A stretch of 64,000 nt of DNA from an uncultured Alphaproteobacteria bacterium (GTDB lineage: Bacteria > Pseudomonadota > Alphaproteobacteria > RF32 > CAG-239). How positions within the stretch are numbered: the first letter of the stretch is position 1; each line of letters opens with the position of its first letter. The notes beneath the pieces were generated by a model. The model worked only from the letters and a program-made list of their open reading frames with translations, was not told the DNA's origin and did no database searches. A program made the translations under genes and the position numbers. The DNA is taken from positions 109,976-173,975 of the forward strand of contig CALXTE010000001.1 in the NCBI GenBank assembly GCA_944391345.1. Reading direction: 5' to 3'. Below are positions 1 to 10,050 of the stretch, piece by piece.

Positions 1-1
1 A

Positions 2-1954
2 GAAAAACTCGGAGAAGAAGGCTACAATTCATTTTTAGGTGTTCCTTTGATGAGACGCCACCGCGCAATAGGCGTCTTGGTTGCTGAAACAAAATCTGCG
101 CACGAGTTTAGTCGCCAAGAGCAAGAAACATTAGAAACGATTGCCATGTTTTTGTCTGACGTTGTTTCTTCTGATGAAATGACCGAGTATAAAAATAATT
201 TAATAAAATCCCGTGGCATTGTCACCAAAGAGAGAATTAAGGGCTTGAGCCTAAGCAAGGGTTATGGCATTGGGCTCGCTGTTTTGCACCGCCGCCGCCA
301 TGCCGTGACCAAAATTTTTTCAGAGGATAAGGATAAGGAGCTGGAGCGCTTAACCCTTGCTCATCAGCAAATGAATGATGACCTGGAAGCCAAGTTTAAT
401 ACAACCAAGCTTGGCATTGGCGAACACATGGATATTTTAGACGCTTATCTGATGTTTGCCCAAGACAAAGGCTGGTTCAAAAAAATTGCCGATAATGTAT
501 TAAGTGGCTTAACGGCAGAGGCAGCGGTTGAGCGCGCCTATGAAGATATGTGGAACCGCCTATCAGCCACAAAAGATAATTACCTAAAAGAGCGCCTTCA
601 TGATTTAAGAGATGTTTCTGACCGCTTGCAAGGCTATTTAAGCGGGGACTTTGGCGAGAGTATATCAGTAGCTTCAGAAAGCAAAGATGTCATCATTATT
701 GCTCAGGCAATGGGGCCGGCCGAATTAATGGATTATGATTATACCAAGATTCGCGGCTTGATTATCGAAGAAGGCACGCCGACAATGCACGTTGCTATTG
801 TAGCAAAGGCGCTAAACATTCCGGTCATTGCCAAAATCAAAGGACTTTTTGATGAAGTAAAAAGCGGCGAGCTGATAGCTGTTGACGGTAATGAAGGCTA
901 TGTCTACCTGCGACCGAGCGAAGATACTCAGCGCAAGTTCCGCCAAAAGCTAGAGGAAAAAGAACGCTTGCAGGCCAAGCTGGCAGAACTTAAAGACAAA
1001 CCTTCCTGCACATTAGACGGCGTCAGAATAGGCCATTATATCAATGTCGGTTTGTCTTTTGACTTAGATTATCTAAAAAGTACAAACTGCGACGGCATCG
1101 GATTATACCGCACGGAAATTCCGTTTATGTCATCCATGTCAATGCCCGATGTTGAGGAACAAAAAGTTTATTATCAAGAGCTGATGGACAAGGCCGAAGA
1201 CAGAAAAGTCATCTTCCGCAGTTTGGATGTCGGTTCAGATAAACTACTGCCATACTGGGCTGGGCTGAACGAAGGCAATCCGGCAATCGGCTGGCGCTCG
1301 ATTCGCATCACATTGGACAGACGCGCGATCCTCCGCAAGCAAATAAAAGCATTTTTGGAAGCCGCCGCCGGCAAAGAGCTTAACGTGATGTTTCCGATGA
1401 TATCAAATTTGGCAGAGTTTGAAGAAGCCAAAGAAACACTTATGCTGGAGCTTGAAAAAGAAAAACGCTTCAAACGTCCGATTCCCAAAAAAGTAAATGT
1501 CGGATTGATGGTTGAAGTCCCGTCAATTGTTTTTCAGCTTGATGAAATTTTGGAAAAGGCTGATTTTATTTCCATCGGCACAAATGACTTGGCACAGTTC
1601 TTTTTCGCCTGTGACCGAGGCAATCCGCGCTTAACCGAACGCTATGATGTGTTATCAGCACCGTTTTTGCGCATGATGCATACGATTGTAAAAAAAGCCG
1701 ACAAACACAAGGTTTATTGCTCTGTCTGCGGAGAAATGGCCTCAAATCCGATAGAGGCAATGGCCTTAATCGGATTGGGATACAGAAATTTATCTTCGTC
1801 GGGATCAACCTTTTGCCGTGTCAAAAGCATGATACGCAGCCTAAGGGTAGACGACATAAGCGACTATATGCAGCTGTTGTTAAATTCAAAAAACAAGACG
1901 CTACGGCCGCAATTAGTTGCGTATGCAAATGATCACAATATTGAAATCTTTTAA
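2..1954 (+). CDS. ptsP: Phosphoenolpyruvate-protein phosphotransferase PtsP (EI-Ntr type), 5' end cut by window edge
   Basis: Frame is open from nt 2. First residues EGYNSFLGVPLMRRHRAIGVLVAE look like the end of a GAF domain. PEP-utilising enzyme regions follow (GLYRTEIPF, ISIGTNDLAQF, SVCGEMAS). Confidence 0.85.
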   Translation, partial: EKLGEEGYNSFLGVPLMRRHRAIGVLVAETKSAHEFSRQEQETLETIAMFLSDVVSSDEMTEYKNNLIKSRGIVTKERIKGLSLSKGYGIGLAVLHRRRHAVTKIFSEDKDKELERLTLAHQQMNDDLEAKFNTTKLGIGEHMDILDAYLMFAQDKGWFKKIADNVLSGLTAEAAVERAYEDMWNRLSATKDNYLKERLHDLRDVSDRLQGYLSGDFGESISVASESKDVIIIAQAMGPAELMDYDYTKIRGLIIEEGTPTMHVAIVAKALNIPVIAKIKGLFDEVKSGELIAVDGNEGYVYLRPSEDTQRKFRQKLEEKERLQAKLAELKDKPSCTLDGVRIGHYINVGLSFDLDYLKSTNCDGIGLYRTEIPFMSSMSMPDVEEQKVYYQELMDKAEDRKVIFRSLDVGSDKLLPYWAGLNEGNPAIGWRSIRITLDRRAILRKQIKAFLEAAAGKELNVMFPMISNLAEFEEAKETLMLELEKEKRFKRPIPKKVNVGLMVEVPSIVFQLDEILEKADFISIGTNDLAQFFFACDRGNPRLTERYDVLSAPFLRMMHTIVKKADKHKVYCSVCGEMASNPIEAMALIGLGYRNLSSSGSTFCRVKSMIRSLRVDDISDYMQLLLNSKNKTLRPQLVAYANDHNIEIF

Positions 1955-2005
1955 AAACTATGTTTAACTAAGCAAAACTCAACCTATATTAAGAAGGAAA
2001 AAACC

Positions 2006-3130
2006 GTGAAAAAAGAAAGCAAGGACACCGCCGCCAAAAGCAAAAAATCTGAAGCGATTGATAGTAAAAAAATCGAAAAAGAGGAAAATGCGGCAAGCAA
2101 AGTTGAAGAAGATAAAACTTTGGATAACGACGGTCGTGTCGGTACAATGCTGAGAGAAACCCGCCTAAAAAAAGGCGAAGAGGTTGAAGAAATCGCAGAA
2201 AAATTAAAAATCAGAGCCTTCTATCTAAGGGCGATTGAAGACAGTAAATATGATGAAATCCCCGAAGCGCCTTATGGCCCCGGATTTGTTCGCTCCTATG
2301 CAGATTACTTGGGGCTAAACGCCATTCGCATGGCTCAGTTATATAAAGAAGAAACCGAAGCCCACGAAAATAAAGGAAACTATTATGTATTAGAACCACA
2401 GGCAGAAGGTACTGCCCCTGGGGGAAAATATATTGTCATAAGTCTACTGGCTTTGGTTTTGGTTTATGCCGGTTGGAGCTACTACACATCAATCCAAGAA
2501 AATCTAACGGTCGAAAAACCGGCTCCTGTTGCTGAAAATGCAGCCGTAGACTATCCGCTTCAGGTTGAGAGCTTTGAACAAACAACGGAAGAGATTTCTT
2601 CTCCGGCTGACGAAGCTTTGCCTTTGATTAATGTCGATTCGAGCGCAGAGCAGGGAACACCTCAGGTCGTAATGACGGAATCAAGCTTTGTTGAAGAACC
2701 GGCAAAAGCTGAAGCGGTAAAGCCGGAAACAACCGAGCCGACAAAACAAGAAGCTCCGAAAGAGGAAGTCAAAAAAGAAGAACCTAAGGTAGAGCCGGTT
2801 AAAACAGAAACTTCTGAAAAAAAAGAAGTTGAAAAGAAAGAAGAGGTAAAACCATCTGAACCAGAGATTGATACCGACGTTCCGGTTGTGGTAAAAATCA
2901 AAAAAGAAACATGGTTTGAAGCTAAAGATAACGAAACCTTGTACATCAGCAAAGTCGTTGATAACGGATTCGTTTACAATGTGCCTGAAAAAGAAGGCAT
3001 GATAATTTCTGTCGGTCGTGTTGATGCTGCAGACGTTTACGTAAACGGCAAATTAACAACAGTCTTTACAGCAAAGAAAAAAACTGGTATTAAGGTTGAC
3101 GACGTATTAGAAGAAGCCGACAACCGGTAG
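2006..3130 (+). CDS. rodZ: RodZ-like cytoskeleton/HTH membrane protein
   Basis: GTG start with SD aagga about 8 nt upstream. N-terminal HTH (VGTMLRETRLKKGEEVEEIAEKLKIRAFYLRAIE...GFVRSYADYLGL), one TM (YIVISLLALVLVYAGW), a Lys/Glu/Pro-rich linker and a C-terminal beta domain. Sits upstream of ispG-hisS as in the rodZ-ispG-hisS cluster. Confidence 0.7.
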   Translation: MKKESKDTAAKSKKSEAIDSKKIEKEENAASKVEEDKTLDNDGRVGTMLRETRLKKGEEVEEIAEKLKIRAFYLRAIEDSKYDEIPEAPYGPGFVRSYADYLGLNAIRMAQLYKEETEAHENKGNYYVLEPQAEGTAPGGKYIVISLLALVLVYAGWSYYTSIQENLTVEKPAPVAENAAVDYPLQVESFEQTTEEISSPADEALPLINVDSSAEQGTPQVVMTESSFVEEPAKAEAVKPETTEPTKQEAPKEEVKKEEPKVEPVKTETSEKKEVEKKEEVKPSEPEIDTDVPVVVKIKKETWFEAKDNETLYISKVVDNGFVYNVPEKEGMIISVGRVDAADVYVNGKLTTVFTAKKKTGIKVDDVLEEADNR

Positions 3131-3148
3131 CAAATTTTTTTGACAAGA

Positions 3149-3184
3149 AGAAAATAGCAGGTTAAAGGCTTGCTATTTTCTTTT
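3149..3184 (+). terminator. Rho-independent terminator after rodZ
   Basis: Perfect 11-bp stem agaaaatagca / tgctattttct followed by a T-run. Confidence 0.6.
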
Positions 3185-3203
3185 GTTATAAAAGGAGAGA
3201 AAA

Positions 3204-4271
3204 ATGGAAAAAATCATTCGCCGCAAGAGCCGTCAGATTATGGTCGGAAAAGTTGCCGTCGGGGGCAATGCTCCGATAAGTGTTCAGTCGATGACCAATA
3301 CCTTGACCTCAGATGTAAAGGCCACGGTTGAGCAGATAAAAAGACAAGAAGCCGTTGGCTGCGATATCACCCGCTGTTCTTGTCCGGATAAAGATTCGGC
3401 TTATGCATTAAAGGAAATTACCAAACAGGTTAATATTCCGATTGTGGCGGATATCCATTTTGATTATCGCTTAGGAATTTTGGCGGCTGAAAACGGAGCC
3501 GCTTGTTTGAGAATAAACCCTGGAAATATAGGCTCAAGCGATAGAGTTAAAGAGGTTGTTAAGGCGGCAAAAGATTATGGCTGTTCGATTCGTATTGGCG
3601 TAAACGGTGGTTCTTTGGATAAAAGATTGTTAGAAAAATATGGAGAACCTTGTGCCGATGCTATGGTTGAGAGCGCTTTGGAACAAGCCAAAATGCTTGA
3701 GGACAACGACTTTAGAGAGTTTAAGATTAGTGTAAAGTCCTCAAATACTTTGATGATGATAGACGCTTATCGCAAACTGGCGGCGGCTTGTGATTATCCT
3801 TTGCATTTGGGTGTGACTGAAGCCGGAGGTTTAAGAACAGGAACTGTTAAGTCTGCTTTGGGAATTGGCGCGTTGCTGATGGACGGCATTGGTGATACCT
3901 TGCGCGTTTCGCTAACTGCTGATGTTGAAGAGGAAGTAAAAGTCGGTTACGAGATTTTGAAGGCGCTGGATTTACGACACCGTGGGGTTAGGATAATTTC
4001 TTGCCCAACCTGCGCCCGCCGTGGTTATGATGTTCAAAAGACGGTTGAAGAATTAGAACGCCGCTTGTCTCATGTCAGCCAGCCGCTGACCTTGGCGGTT
4101 ATGGGCTGCGTGGTTAACGGACCGGGGGAGGCCGCACACGCCGACTTTGGCGTTTGTGGTGGTCATGATGAAAATATGCTCTTTATCAAGGGCAAACCGG
4201 CAAGAAAAGTCAAAGATGAAGATATTGTCGATGAATTAGTAAAGTTAGTTGAAGAAAAAATATCAGCTTAG
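3204..4271 (+). CDS. ispG: 4-hydroxy-3-methylbut-2-en-1-yl diphosphate synthase (GcpE)
   Basis: [17 protein letters not shown] and GCVVNGPGE motifs (Fe-S cysteines); length typical of the family. Confidence 0.95.
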   Translation: MEKIIRRKSRQIMVGKVAVGGNAPISVQSMTNTLTSDVKATVEQIKRQEAVGCDITRCSCPDKDSAYALKEITKQVNIPIVADIHFDYRLGILAAENGAACLRINPGNIGSSDRVKEVVKAAKDYGCSIRIGVNGGSLDKRLLEKYGEPCADAMVESALEQAKMLEDNDFREFKISVKSSNTLMMIDAYRKLAAACDYPLHLGVTEAGGLRTGTVKSALGIGALLMDGIGDTLRVSLTADVEEEVKVGYEILKALDLRHRGVRIISCPTCARRGYDVQKTVEELERRLSHVSQPLTLAVMGCVVNGPGEAAHADFGVCGGHDENMLFIKGKPARKVKDEDIVDELVKLVEEKISA

Positions 4272-4286
4272 GAAAGAAAAGTTAAG

Positions 4287-5522
4287 ATGAATAAAGTACA
4301 AAGTGTTCGCGGAACCTATGATTTATATGGTGAGAATAAAAGAAAAGCCAAAAGAGTGGTGGCGGTCGGCAGCCGTATTGTCGAGAAATATGGCTTTGAA
4401 GAAATTGAAACCCCGATATTTGAGTTTACGGAAGTTTTTTCAAGAAACTTGGGCGATACGTCGGATATCGTTACCAAGGAAATGTATTGCTTTGAGGACA
4501 GGGGCGGCGAGAGCTTAACCCTGCGTCCGGAAGGAACAGCCGGCGTGGTCAGAGCCTTTATTTCCGAAGGAATGCAGCAAAATCTGCCGGTCAAGCTGTA
4601 TTATACCGGCCCGATGTTCCGTTATGAACGCCCGCAAAAAGGACGTCAGCGCCAGTTTACGCAGTTTGGCGTCGAGTTACTTGGCGTAGAAACGCCGCAA
4701 GCCGATATCGAGGTTATCGCCATGGCCTATGAGTTTATCGAGAGCTTGGGGCTTGCCGGAACGGTTACGGTTGAGATAAATTCTTTGGGCGATAAAGAAA
4801 GCCGCGACGCTTACCGCGAAAAACTTGTTGCATATTTAAAAGAAAATTATGATAAGCTTTCAGAAGATTCAAAATCTCGTCTGGAGAGAAATCCGCTACG
4901 CGTTTTGGATTCGAAGGAAGAATGTGATAAGGCCGTTGTGGCAAACGCCCCGCTTTATCAAGACAGCTTGAACGAAGCCTCAAAAACATTTTTTGAAACG
5001 GTTTTGAAAGGACTGGATAACTTAGGAATTAAATACCGCTTGAACAATCGCTTGGTTCGCGGTTTGGACTATTATTCACACACGGTTTTTGAGCTGGTAA
5101 CCGACAAGCTCGGCGCGCAAGGAACGGTTTTAGCCGGTGGCCGCTATGACGGCTTGGTTGAACAAATGGGCGGCGGCAAGGTTTCGGGTATCGGCTGGGC
5201 CTGCGGCGTTGAAAGATTGTCTATGTTGCTGGAAGAAGATGTGTCTTTACCGCGCCCGATAGCCGTTATTCCGGTTGGCGAAGAGGCTGAGGAAAAAGCC
5301 TTGGCTATTGCTTATGATTTAAGAAAGACAGGCTTCCGCGTTGAGCAGGCTTATAGCGGAAATTTGAAAAAGAGAATGATGAAGGCCAATAAGGTCAATG
5401 CGGTTAAAGCCGTTATTATCGGCACAGATGAGCTGGCTGAAGGCAAAGTCACGATAAAAGATTTGGATGAAGGCAGCCAAAAAACCGTCGCTTTGGCTGA
5501 TGTAAAAGAGGAATTAAACTAA
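4287..5522 (+). CDS. hisS: Histidine--tRNA ligase
   Basis: Class II aaRS motifs [21 protein letters not shown] and GGRYD, plus an anticodon-binding C-domain. Confidence 0.95.
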   Translation: MNKVQSVRGTYDLYGENKRKAKRVVAVGSRIVEKYGFEEIETPIFEFTEVFSRNLGDTSDIVTKEMYCFEDRGGESLTLRPEGTAGVVRAFISEGMQQNLPVKLYYTGPMFRYERPQKGRQRQFTQFGVELLGVETPQADIEVIAMAYEFIESLGLAGTVTVEINSLGDKESRDAYREKLVAYLKENYDKLSEDSKSRLERNPLRVLDSKEECDKAVVANAPLYQDSLNEASKTFFETVLKGLDNLGIKYRLNNRLVRGLDYYSHTVFELVTDKLGAQGTVLAGGRYDGLVEQMGGGKVSGIGWACGVERLSMLLEEDVSLPRPIAVIPVGEEAEEKALAIAYDLRKTGFRVEQAYSGNLKKRMMKANKVNAVKAVIIGTDELAEGKVTIKDLDEGSQKTVALADVKEELN

Positions 5523-6595
5523 TGGAGTTAGCAGAAAAATTATCCAATGTTGTTAACCGCTATGATGAGATAAACGCGCTGATTTCATCACCGGATTGCA
5601 CGCCGGAAAACATGGTTAAGATGAATAAAGAGCTGGCGGAGTTAACGCCGGTGGTTGACGCGATAAAAAATTATCAGCATGTTGAACAAAACTTCAACGA
5701 CGCCAAAGCCATGATGGAAGATTCGTCGCTTGATAAAGAAATGCGCGACATGGCCGAAGCCGAATATTATGAGTTAAAAGAAAAACTTCCGGCCATGGAA
5801 AGAGAGATAAAAATTTTGCTCCTTCCGAAAAATGAAGAAGATGAGAAAAACGCGATTCTCGAAGTCCGCGCCGGAACGGGTGGCGATGAAGCGGCTTTGT
5901 TTGCGGCGGTATTGTTTGAAATGTATCAAAGATATTCGCAAAAACAAGGCTGGAAGTTTGAGGTTATTGACGCCGATGAAAACGGCTTGGGCGGATATAA
6001 AGAGGCTTCGGCCAAGATTACCGGCAAAGATGTTTTTTCAAAACTAAAATTTGAGTCGGGCGCCCACCGAGTCCAGCGTGTGCCGATAACGGAATCACAA
6101 GGCCGCGTCCATACCTCGGCGGCAACGGTAGCAGTTCTGCCTGAGATTGAAGAAGTTGATATGTATATCAATCCGGCGGATTTGAAAATTGATGTTTACC
6201 GCGCTTCGGGTGCCGGCGGACAACACGTCAACCGTACGGAATCCGCAGTCAGAATTACCCATATCCCGACCGGAATCGTTGTCCAATGCCAAGACGACCG
6301 CTCACAGTATAAAAACAAAGAAAAAGCAATGAACCACTTGCGCGCAAAACTGTATGATGCCCAAAAATCAGCGATTGACGCCGAATATTCGGAACGCCGA
6401 AAATTACAAGTCGGCTCAGGGGATAGAAGCGAGCGCATTCGCACTTATAACTACCCGCAAGGCCGCGTCACCGACCACCGCATTAATTTGACTTTGTATA
6501 AGTTAGATGAAGTTGTCTCCGGCGACGCTCTGGGCGAAATTATCGATGCATTGATAATGGAAGACCAAGCCCAACGCCTCGCCGAAATGGATTAA
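5522..6595 (+). CDS. prfA: Peptide chain release factor 1
   Basis: PxT tripeptide in [11 protein letters not shown] and GGQ motif in SGAGGQHVN. The ATG overlaps the hisS stop by 1 nt. Confidence 0.95.
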   Translation: MELAEKLSNVVNRYDEINALISSPDCTPENMVKMNKELAELTPVVDAIKNYQHVEQNFNDAKAMMEDSSLDKEMRDMAEAEYYELKEKLPAMEREIKILLLPKNEEDEKNAILEVRAGTGGDEAALFAAVLFEMYQRYSQKQGWKFEVIDADENGLGGYKEASAKITGKDVFSKLKFESGAHRVQRVPITESQGRVHTSAATVAVLPEIEEVDMYINPADLKIDVYRASGAGGQHVNRTESAVRITHIPTGIVVQCQDDRSQYKNKEKAMNHLRAKLYDAQKSAIDAEYSERRKLQVGSGDRSERIRTYNYPQGRVTDHRINLTLYKLDEVVSGDALGEIIDALIMEDQAQRLAEMD

Positions 6596-6620
6596 TCCGA
6601 CACGGAATAAAAAATAAAAA

Positions 6621-6645
6621 CTCCATCAACCCCGATGGAGTTTTT
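6621..6645 (+). terminator. Rho-independent terminator after prfA
   Basis: Stem ctccatc / gatggag, 6-nt loop, then ttttt. Confidence 0.6.
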
Positions 6646-6714
6646 GTTAAGTAAAGCAATATTAAATCAATATTAAAGTGTTGTCGTTTACCATCTTTTT
6701 ATGGAGAGGGTAAA

Positions 6715-7617
6715 ATGCAATATTTAACACAAGAAAATGCTGAAGATTTGGATTCTATCAAGCAAATCTTAAATAAAAACGGTTTTCAAAAGATTAAAAA
6801 CATCGTTCCTTTGAAAAGTGGTTCTCGTTCGGTTGCATATTATGCAGATGACTATATCGTGCGTTTTCCGAAAGCCGAGATTATTTGGCAGACAATGAAA
6901 CGGGAGAAAAGCATTATTGATATGATTTACCCGCATTTAACACCAACATTCGCAGATAAAATTCATAAAATAGATTTAATCGAAAACGAATATTCATTCT
7001 CCATATCTGAGCGATTTATCGGCAAAATTTGCGATGGTCGCCCCGAAAGCGAATATGCCGTGCTTTATCAAAATTTAACACCTATACAACAAGAGAACTT
7101 AGCGTGTGATTTAGCTTTATTTTTCCATAAATTACATCAAATTGATTATAAGAAACTAAATATTTCGGAGCCAACGGAAGCCATTGATAATTGGGATGTT
7201 ACAACAGAAAATAATTTTGACTTTGAACAAGTGCAAAAAATCTTATCACGTTATAAAATTAATATAAATGATTATATGGTCAAAACGCCCAATACGGCAA
7301 CAGCCTTGTGTCACAATGACTTAAGCGGAAGCAATATTTTATTAAACCCAGAAAAAGAGGATGTCCTTGTCGGAATTATTGATTTTGGCAATGTTATGAT
7401 TATGCCGAAATATCAAGATTTTTTTCCGTTATATAAAATCCACCGCAAATTGGCGATTGATACACTTAAAGAATATAACAAATTAACCTCATCCCCCATA
7501 GAACAAAAACAAATCGATTGTATGGCATTATTATATACTGGTTGGGGATTAGCGCGAACCCAAAATCCGTCTTCTCCGTATTTTATGAAATTATTAAAAC
7601 CATTTTTAGAGGAATAA
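6715..7617 (+). CDS. APH/choline-kinase-fold phosphotransferase
   Basis: Catalytic loop and metal site CHNDLSGSNILL...VGIIDFGN; AT-rich relative to neighbours. Confidence 0.7.
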   Translation: MQYLTQENAEDLDSIKQILNKNGFQKIKNIVPLKSGSRSVAYYADDYIVRFPKAEIIWQTMKREKSIIDMIYPHLTPTFADKIHKIDLIENEYSFSISERFIGKICDGRPESEYAVLYQNLTPIQQENLACDLALFFHKLHQIDYKKLNISEPTEAIDNWDVTTENNFDFEQVQKILSRYKININDYMVKTPNTATALCHNDLSGSNILLNPEKEDVLVGIIDFGNVMIMPKYQDFFPLYKIHRKLAIDTLKEYNKLTSSPIEQKQIDCMALLYTGWGLARTQNPSSPYFMKLLKPFLEE

Positions 7618-7620
7618 AAA

Positions 7621-8475
7621 TTGTCTGAGCTAGATTGTTATGATTTACCTTTTGCCACGGATAACGCCGAATTATTACCCGGCGGCTCTCGTTCTCGCGG
7701 ATACAAGATAAATGGTTGGATAGTAAGAGTTCCTACAAAAAAAGAATTTTTACTTGAACAACAACGTGAAGCAGCCATTTCTAGTGTACTACATCAAGCA
7801 TTACTCGAAAAATTAAAAAATAAAGTTACCTATATTCATTTTAACGGAAAATGCTCTTTTCATAAAGAAATTATGGGTGAATCTTTGCATAAGGTTTATA
7901 AAGATATGAGTACAGAGCAACGAAAAGATTTAGCCAAAGATATTGCTGAATTATTATGTGCAATTCATAATATTTCTCTCCCTAAAATAAATAAGGCGCT
8001 AGAACAATATCCAAAGAAATGTCGTAATGAAAATAAAACCAATTTAACGGATTTTAATTACAACATAGCAAAAGAGCAGCTTCTTGCATGTAGCTCGGGA
8101 AGAATCAATCTGGATAATTTCAAAACGACGATTCCTACGGACGGATTGGCATTATGCCATAATGACTTGCATGATGAAAATATAATCATTAATAATGAAG
8201 GCAAACTTTCAGGTTTTATTGACTTTGGAGAAGCAGGTATTAATCCAAGAATCACGGATTTTTTCCATATCTATCGACTGGATAGAAAGCTAATGATAAA
8301 TATTATTAACGAGTATAATAAAATTTCTGATTATAAAATTGATGTGCAAGCCACGGATTATCAATTTTTGAGTAACACCGGATATACTTTAGAACAACGC
8401 AAAAACAGACCTACATTTAAACCTGAAGTGATCAGAGTTTTGCAGAATAATGCTTTTTTCTTAAACATCCGATAA
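7621..8475 (+). CDS. APH/choline-kinase-fold phosphotransferase, second tandem copy
   Basis: TTG start with SD gagga 7 nt upstream. CHNDLHDENIIIN...GFIDFGEAG. Confidence 0.65.
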   Translation: MSELDCYDLPFATDNAELLPGGSRSRGYKINGWIVRVPTKKEFLLEQQREAAISSVLHQALLEKLKNKVTYIHFNGKCSFHKEIMGESLHKVYKDMSTEQRKDLAKDIAELLCAIHNISLPKINKALEQYPKKCRNENKTNLTDFNYNIAKEQLLACSSGRINLDNFKTTIPTDGLALCHNDLHDENIIINNEGKLSGFIDFGEAGINPRITDFFHIYRLDRKLMINIINEYNKISDYKIDVQATDYQFLSNTGYTLEQRKNRPTFKPEVIRVLQNNAFFLNIR

Positions 8476-8538
8476 CAACAGTTAATAATTAAACAACACA
8501 AAACCCCACATTTACCACAAAAATAATAAAAATATAGC

Positions 8539-8653
8539 AAGATATACGAATAACAACCGCAACTTTTCTATTGAGTCTGAGGACGGAAGTGTTTATCATA
8601 AACAAAAAGTTAAGAAGAAATAAAAGAAAGCGAAATGCCGGCACCAAAATTTG
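8539..8653. repeat. Left copy of a 115-bp perfect direct repeat (dnaE promoter, 5'UTR and first 19 nt)
   Basis: Letter-for-letter identical to 11948-12062 when compared by eye. Contains atgccggcaccaaaatttg, the dnaE start. Confidence 0.95.
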
Positions 8654-8658
8654 CTTAG

Positions 8659-9492
8659 CTATCGTTCAAAATCTTTATTTTGAGTCAAAATTTTAGAAGG
8701 GGGATTATCCTTCTGATAGTTTAAGAAATTTTGATGATGATATTCATCAACTTGTTCGTCTTTTATTTTGATTGTTCCGAGCTTGGCTTTTTTCATCGGA
8801 TTTTCGGCTTCTAACAATCTTTTGCAAACTTCGGTAGAAACAATACCGCAAACACCTTGTCTTCGGCAAATCGGTTTATCATTTTGAAAAGTGTCAACCT
8901 CGACGCCAAAGGGCTTAAAGAAATCTTTTAAATAAGACAATGTCATACTTATTTCTTCCGAATAATCGAGCTTTTCCGAATAATTCGGGTCTTTTTTATC
9001 CCTTTGAGCGTGTTGTTCTAAAATCATAATATCAACATGATTTTTTTCTTTTTGAGAGTCAATACATAAAGCCACGCCATGCGCTTCTTTCCCCTCACTT
9101 ATTATTGTCAGGGGTGTAACCAATCTTTGTTGGTCAACATCAATATCTTTTCTTGCTAATGTTTGGCTTGTTATACCTAAAATATTTGTAAGGATAGAAT
9201 ATTGATTTTCTTTAGGAACGATAGCAATTTCACCGGTCATCATTTTACGACCGTTGCAACACTCATCTATTAAATAATCATCAGCTTTATCGCCATCTTC
9301 TGAACATAAGAGCGCATATTTTCCTGTGTCTAAAAAGGAACAATCCTCTTGAGATTGAGCTATTTTGGAAGCGATGTAATTAGTTGCTTGCCAATTATAA
9401 CCCTCTTTCGGAATATCTAAGGTAATGTTAGGTTTCCGTGTAAGATTTTCATGGGCATTTTTATCTAACGTCAAATAAGGTTTATGTGCCAT
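8659..9492 (-). CDS. Hypothetical protein, candidate CE-clan (Ulp1/ChlaDUB-like) cysteine protease
   Basis: AHGVALCIDSQKEKNHVDIMIL ... FQNDKPIC gives H138, D154, Q203 and C209. The spacing (16/49/6) resembles Ulp1 H514-D531-Q574-C580 as recalled. No search was run. Confidence 0.45.
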   Translation of the reverse strand: MAHKPYLTLDKNAHENLTRKPNITLDIPKEGYNWQATNYIASKIAQSQEDCSFLDTGKYALLCSEDGDKADDYLIDECCNGRKMMTGEIAIVPKENQYSILTNILGITSQTLARKDIDVDQQRLVTPLTIISEGKEAHGVALCIDSQKEKNHVDIMILEQHAQRDKKDPNYSEKLDYSEEISMTLSYLKDFFKPFGVEVDTFQNDKPICRRQGVCGIVSTEVCKRLLEAENPMKKAKLGTIKIKDEQVDEYHHQNFLNYQKDNPPSKILTQNKDFER

Positions 9493-9516
9493 GTAGCTTC
9501 CTCAATATTCTAAAAA

Positions 9517-10050
9517 TTACTTCTTTACCAAGGTTAAATACTTAGGCGGAATTATACCACCTTTAACAACGACTAAATAATAAGGAACAACGGAAAAACG
9601 TAATCCGAGTTTTTCATCGCAAACAGTCCAATCCACAGGGGATGTATCAATATCATTGACGGAATCTAATTTTATCAACTGCTCATCCACATCTTTAAGC
9701 AGTTCTTTATCAAGATTAGGTCTGAGAGCCGGAGATACGTAAACGGCTTCAACTAAGCCGTCTGAATCTAAAGCAGAAACATCAATGGCAAACAAATCCG
9801 CACCCTCAATAAAATCTTTAAACATTTTTTCGCTTTTTTCAGTCCATTGAATAGGTTCAGAAAAACCTCTGATTGCACGGCTTCTCCCTTTGAAACAACT
9901 TTCCATCCATTTTACAACACCTTCGTGCGTTGTTTCTCCACCGGTCCGTTTGTAATAATAACTTAAATCAGCCTTTGGATTTGCGGCTAAAGATAAAATT
10001 CCTTCGGTTAGGGCTGTATTCCCTTTGGTAATATAATGATACAGTATCAT
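9517..10050 (-). CDS. Hypothetical protein (177 aa)
   Basis: Long ORF; its start overlaps the stop of the upstream ORF by 4 nt. No domain recognised. Confidence 0.6.
   Translation of the reverse strand: MILYHYITKGNTALTEGILSLAANPKADLSYYYKRTGGETTHEGVVKWMESCFKGRSRAIRGFSEPIQWTEKSEKMFKDFIEGADLFAIDVSALDSDGLVEAVYVSPALRPNLDKELLKDVDEQLIKLDSVNDIDTSPVDWTVCDEKLGLRFSVVPYYLVVVKGGIIPPKYLTLVKK

Noticed and set aside
2660-2880. Repetitive aaagaag/gaagt-rich DNA in rodZ.
   Set aside because: It encodes the Lys/Glu/Pro-rich periplasmic linker (KEEVKKEEPKVEPVK...). It is low-complexity coding sequence, not a repeat element.
8476-8538. Weak similarity (ccacattt...) between the sequences just left of each 115-bp repeat copy, which would extend the duplication.
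   Set aside because: Beyond the 115 bp the two flanks diverge immediately with only scattered matches, so the repeat boundaries at 8539 and 11948 stand.
9517-10050. N-terminal LYHYITKGNTALTEGILS of the 177-aa cassette protein resembles the YH.T...NL..IL..G opening of DarT-type or other H-Y-E ADP-ribosyltransferases.
   Set aside because: The remainder shows no counterpart of the DarT catalytic Glu region or other ART motifs I can place. One short N-terminal resemblance is not enough, so it stays hypothetical.
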